Below, piece after piece: positions 61,950-64,000 of a stretch of DNA of 64,000 nt. Both the position numbers and the translations under genes were made by a program. The notes beneath the pieces are model-generated. The model saw only the letters and a program-made list of their open reading frames with translations, searched no databases and was not told the origin of the DNA. How positions within the stretch are numbered: position 1 is the stretch's first letter; each line of letters starts with the position of its first letter. Origin of the DNA: Camelus dromedarius (taxonomy: Eukaryota); the NCBI RefSeq assembly GCF_036321535.1, contig NC_087449.1, positions 15,376,001 through 15,440,000 of the forward strand, in the 5' to 3' direction.

Positions 61950-63081
61950 TCGGCCCCATTTAAACTGCCAGCTAACAACTGCATCGGCCCGCCTTGATGA
62001 ATACACTGTGCTGAGCAGCCCGCGAGTGATGGAGTGCCAGGGACTGAGCACCGACTAAGAGAGGACCCTGCTTTAGGAATGATGTGTGAGGCTTCCCATC
62101 GTTTAAAAAGAGTGACAGCTTCTTTTTCTCTGTGTTTGTGTTGGCAACCCCAGGCGCTGATTCACCAGTTGAAAATAGATCGTCACAGATGAATGTTATA
62201 AGGTTGAGGGGAAAGTGACATGTCGCTGAGAATAGACTTTTATGGACAATTTGGATGATAGTGCCTATGAGTAAGAGGTGACAACTAAGTAGCTCCTTAT
62301 GAGAAAAAGGACAGAGGGAGGGAGAGAGGGAGAGAAAAAGGGAGAGAGAGAAATATCTGTTTCCAGAATATAAAGAAAATAACATAAGAATTTAAGCAAA
62401 ATTTTTTCTATTAAGAAAGATTAATATTTTACTTGTGCTATTTTCCACTAAATTGAAGAAGTAGGTCTTACAGACTTTTAAAATCTCAGAGTCGCAAAAA
62501 TACTTTGTTTACTTGGCTTACTGACCTCAAGAATCTCACTTGTCCTTTCTTGGCCTGACTATGAGCTTGAACAGGCACATACGAGGGAAAGCTGCTCATT
62601 CTGAGTTGAAATTGTGCATGCTGCGAACCACACTCTGTGGACTCCGGTTTAGCTTGACTGCTCCTTGGACCAGAGAGGATTAGGGGAAGATGTAAGGATT
62701 TTTTTTGGTCAGAATCTGTATCTGTGATTTTCTTTTTGCATAATTAGTCACATTTTAATTTTTTTTTTTCAGTCAAAAATAGGTTTACTGAAATGTTTTT
62801 AGTTGTAGCTGAAGGCAGCGACATTTACAACACTGAGCTTTTGTTAAACCCATAAACGTGGAAATTGCTTGCAGAGCAGTTGTAATAGGATCAGAATCTT
62901 GTGAATGTTGATGGGATGGTTTTGCATGTCTTTCAGCATAATGATTTGGTACTCTGCAGACGCTTTCTGACCACCAGCCTGACTCCCACCTGAATGCAAT
63001 AAATGCAAGTCCTTATGCCATTAAAATAACAGTATGAAATATCAGCATGGTATGCATATAGCACATGAAATATAACAGTAT

Positions 63082-63600
63082 GGTAGGTTAGGTTGTTGAT
63101 TTGAGATTGTTCTTTTTTGAGGATGGCCTGTATCACTATGAACTTCCCTCTTAGGACTGCTTTTGCTGGATCTCATAGATTTTGTGTGGTTGTGTTTTCA
63201 TTGTCGTTTATCTCAAGGTATTTTTTAATTTCTTCTTTGATTTTATTATAGACCCATTGGTTTTTTAGTAGCATGTTGTTTAGTCTCCATGCTGTCGTTT
63301 TTTTCTCATTTGTTTTTCTATAGTTGATATCTAGTTTCATGGCACTGTGTTCAGAGAAGATGCTTGGAATAATTTCTATCCTCTTAAATTTGTTGAGGCT
63401 TCTTTTGTGCCCAAGTATGTGGTCGATCCTAGAGAGTGTTCCATGAGCACTTGAAAAGAATGTATATTCTGGTTTTGGGGGATGTAATGTCCTAAAAATA
63501 TCAACCAAATCCAACTACTGTATTGTGTCATTTATTATCTCTGTTGCCTTATTGATTTTCTGTCTGGAAGACCTGTCCAATGATGTTAGTGGGGTGTTAT
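63082..63600 (-). mobile_element. Internal L1 ORF2 fragment (endonuclease C-terminal part), pseudogenised
   Basis: NTPLTSLDRSSRQKINK...YTFFSSAHGTLSRIDHILGHK...SIFSEHSAMKL...TTQNL*DPAKAVLRGKF; two in-frame stops. Confidence 0.93.
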
Positions 63601-64000
63601 CAATGACACGGAAAGAGAAGACAGTGGAGGATTTGGAGTCTGACTGACTGTGGAGAGAGAAAAGTCAGAGATTGTGCTTAGGATGTGGCACCAGGGCACC
63701 AAACATGCTGGCTTTTGCCAAGCACTCAGGCAATGTGTGAGATCATGTCCTTACCACAAAGACCAAGAGTAGATTCTTTACCATCAGTACCTGGAGGTAG
63801 GACTGGAGAGACAGGTAGAATTGGATAGGGGGCAGAGTTTTTTCCTAACATGCCTCTAAGGCAACTTTTTCCCTCCTAATGATGAAAAACAATTTACAAT
63901 TTACACATCTGCCCCAAATTTCCTTTATATAAAAGTTTTTATATAAAAACTTTATTTCTAAGAGAACAAATAAAATTAGTGTTGAGAATCCCATTCCATG

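Noticed and set aside
63173-63514. 113-aa ORF as a host gene
   Set aside because: It is an L1 ORF2 endonuclease fragment bounded by in-frame stops.

Overview
Mammalian genomic DNA, most likely camelid (alpaca/camel), inferred from two Vic-1-type tRNA-derived SINEs. The window holds ten consecutive internal coding exons of ERICH3 (C1orf173; exons 2-11 by the human gene structure as I remember it) on the + strand, 9756-58235. They total 1703 coding nt with consistent splice phases and no stops, and include the DUF4590 region. Exon 1 and exons 12 onward were not found. Introns are rich in interspersed repeats (MaLR/MLT1, ERV1 and ERVL solo LTRs, L1, L2, MIR, MER5A, MER63); family names come from visual recall of consensus sequences, not from a search. 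The most striking non-coding feature is a 2.04-kb minisatellite in intron 10: 102 indel-free 20-bp units, G-rich and CpG-rich, with higher-order structure. It produces the long minus-strand ORFs in the ORF track. Other items worth checking are the apparent lack of a GT donor at exon 11, several candidate unannotated exons (one in frame, 57 nt), a recursive-splice-like site, RFX X-box-like motifs and a twin-primed L1. There is a 140-N assembly gap at 61810-61949. I found no convincing new multi-gene system: this is a single-gene eukaryotic locus.
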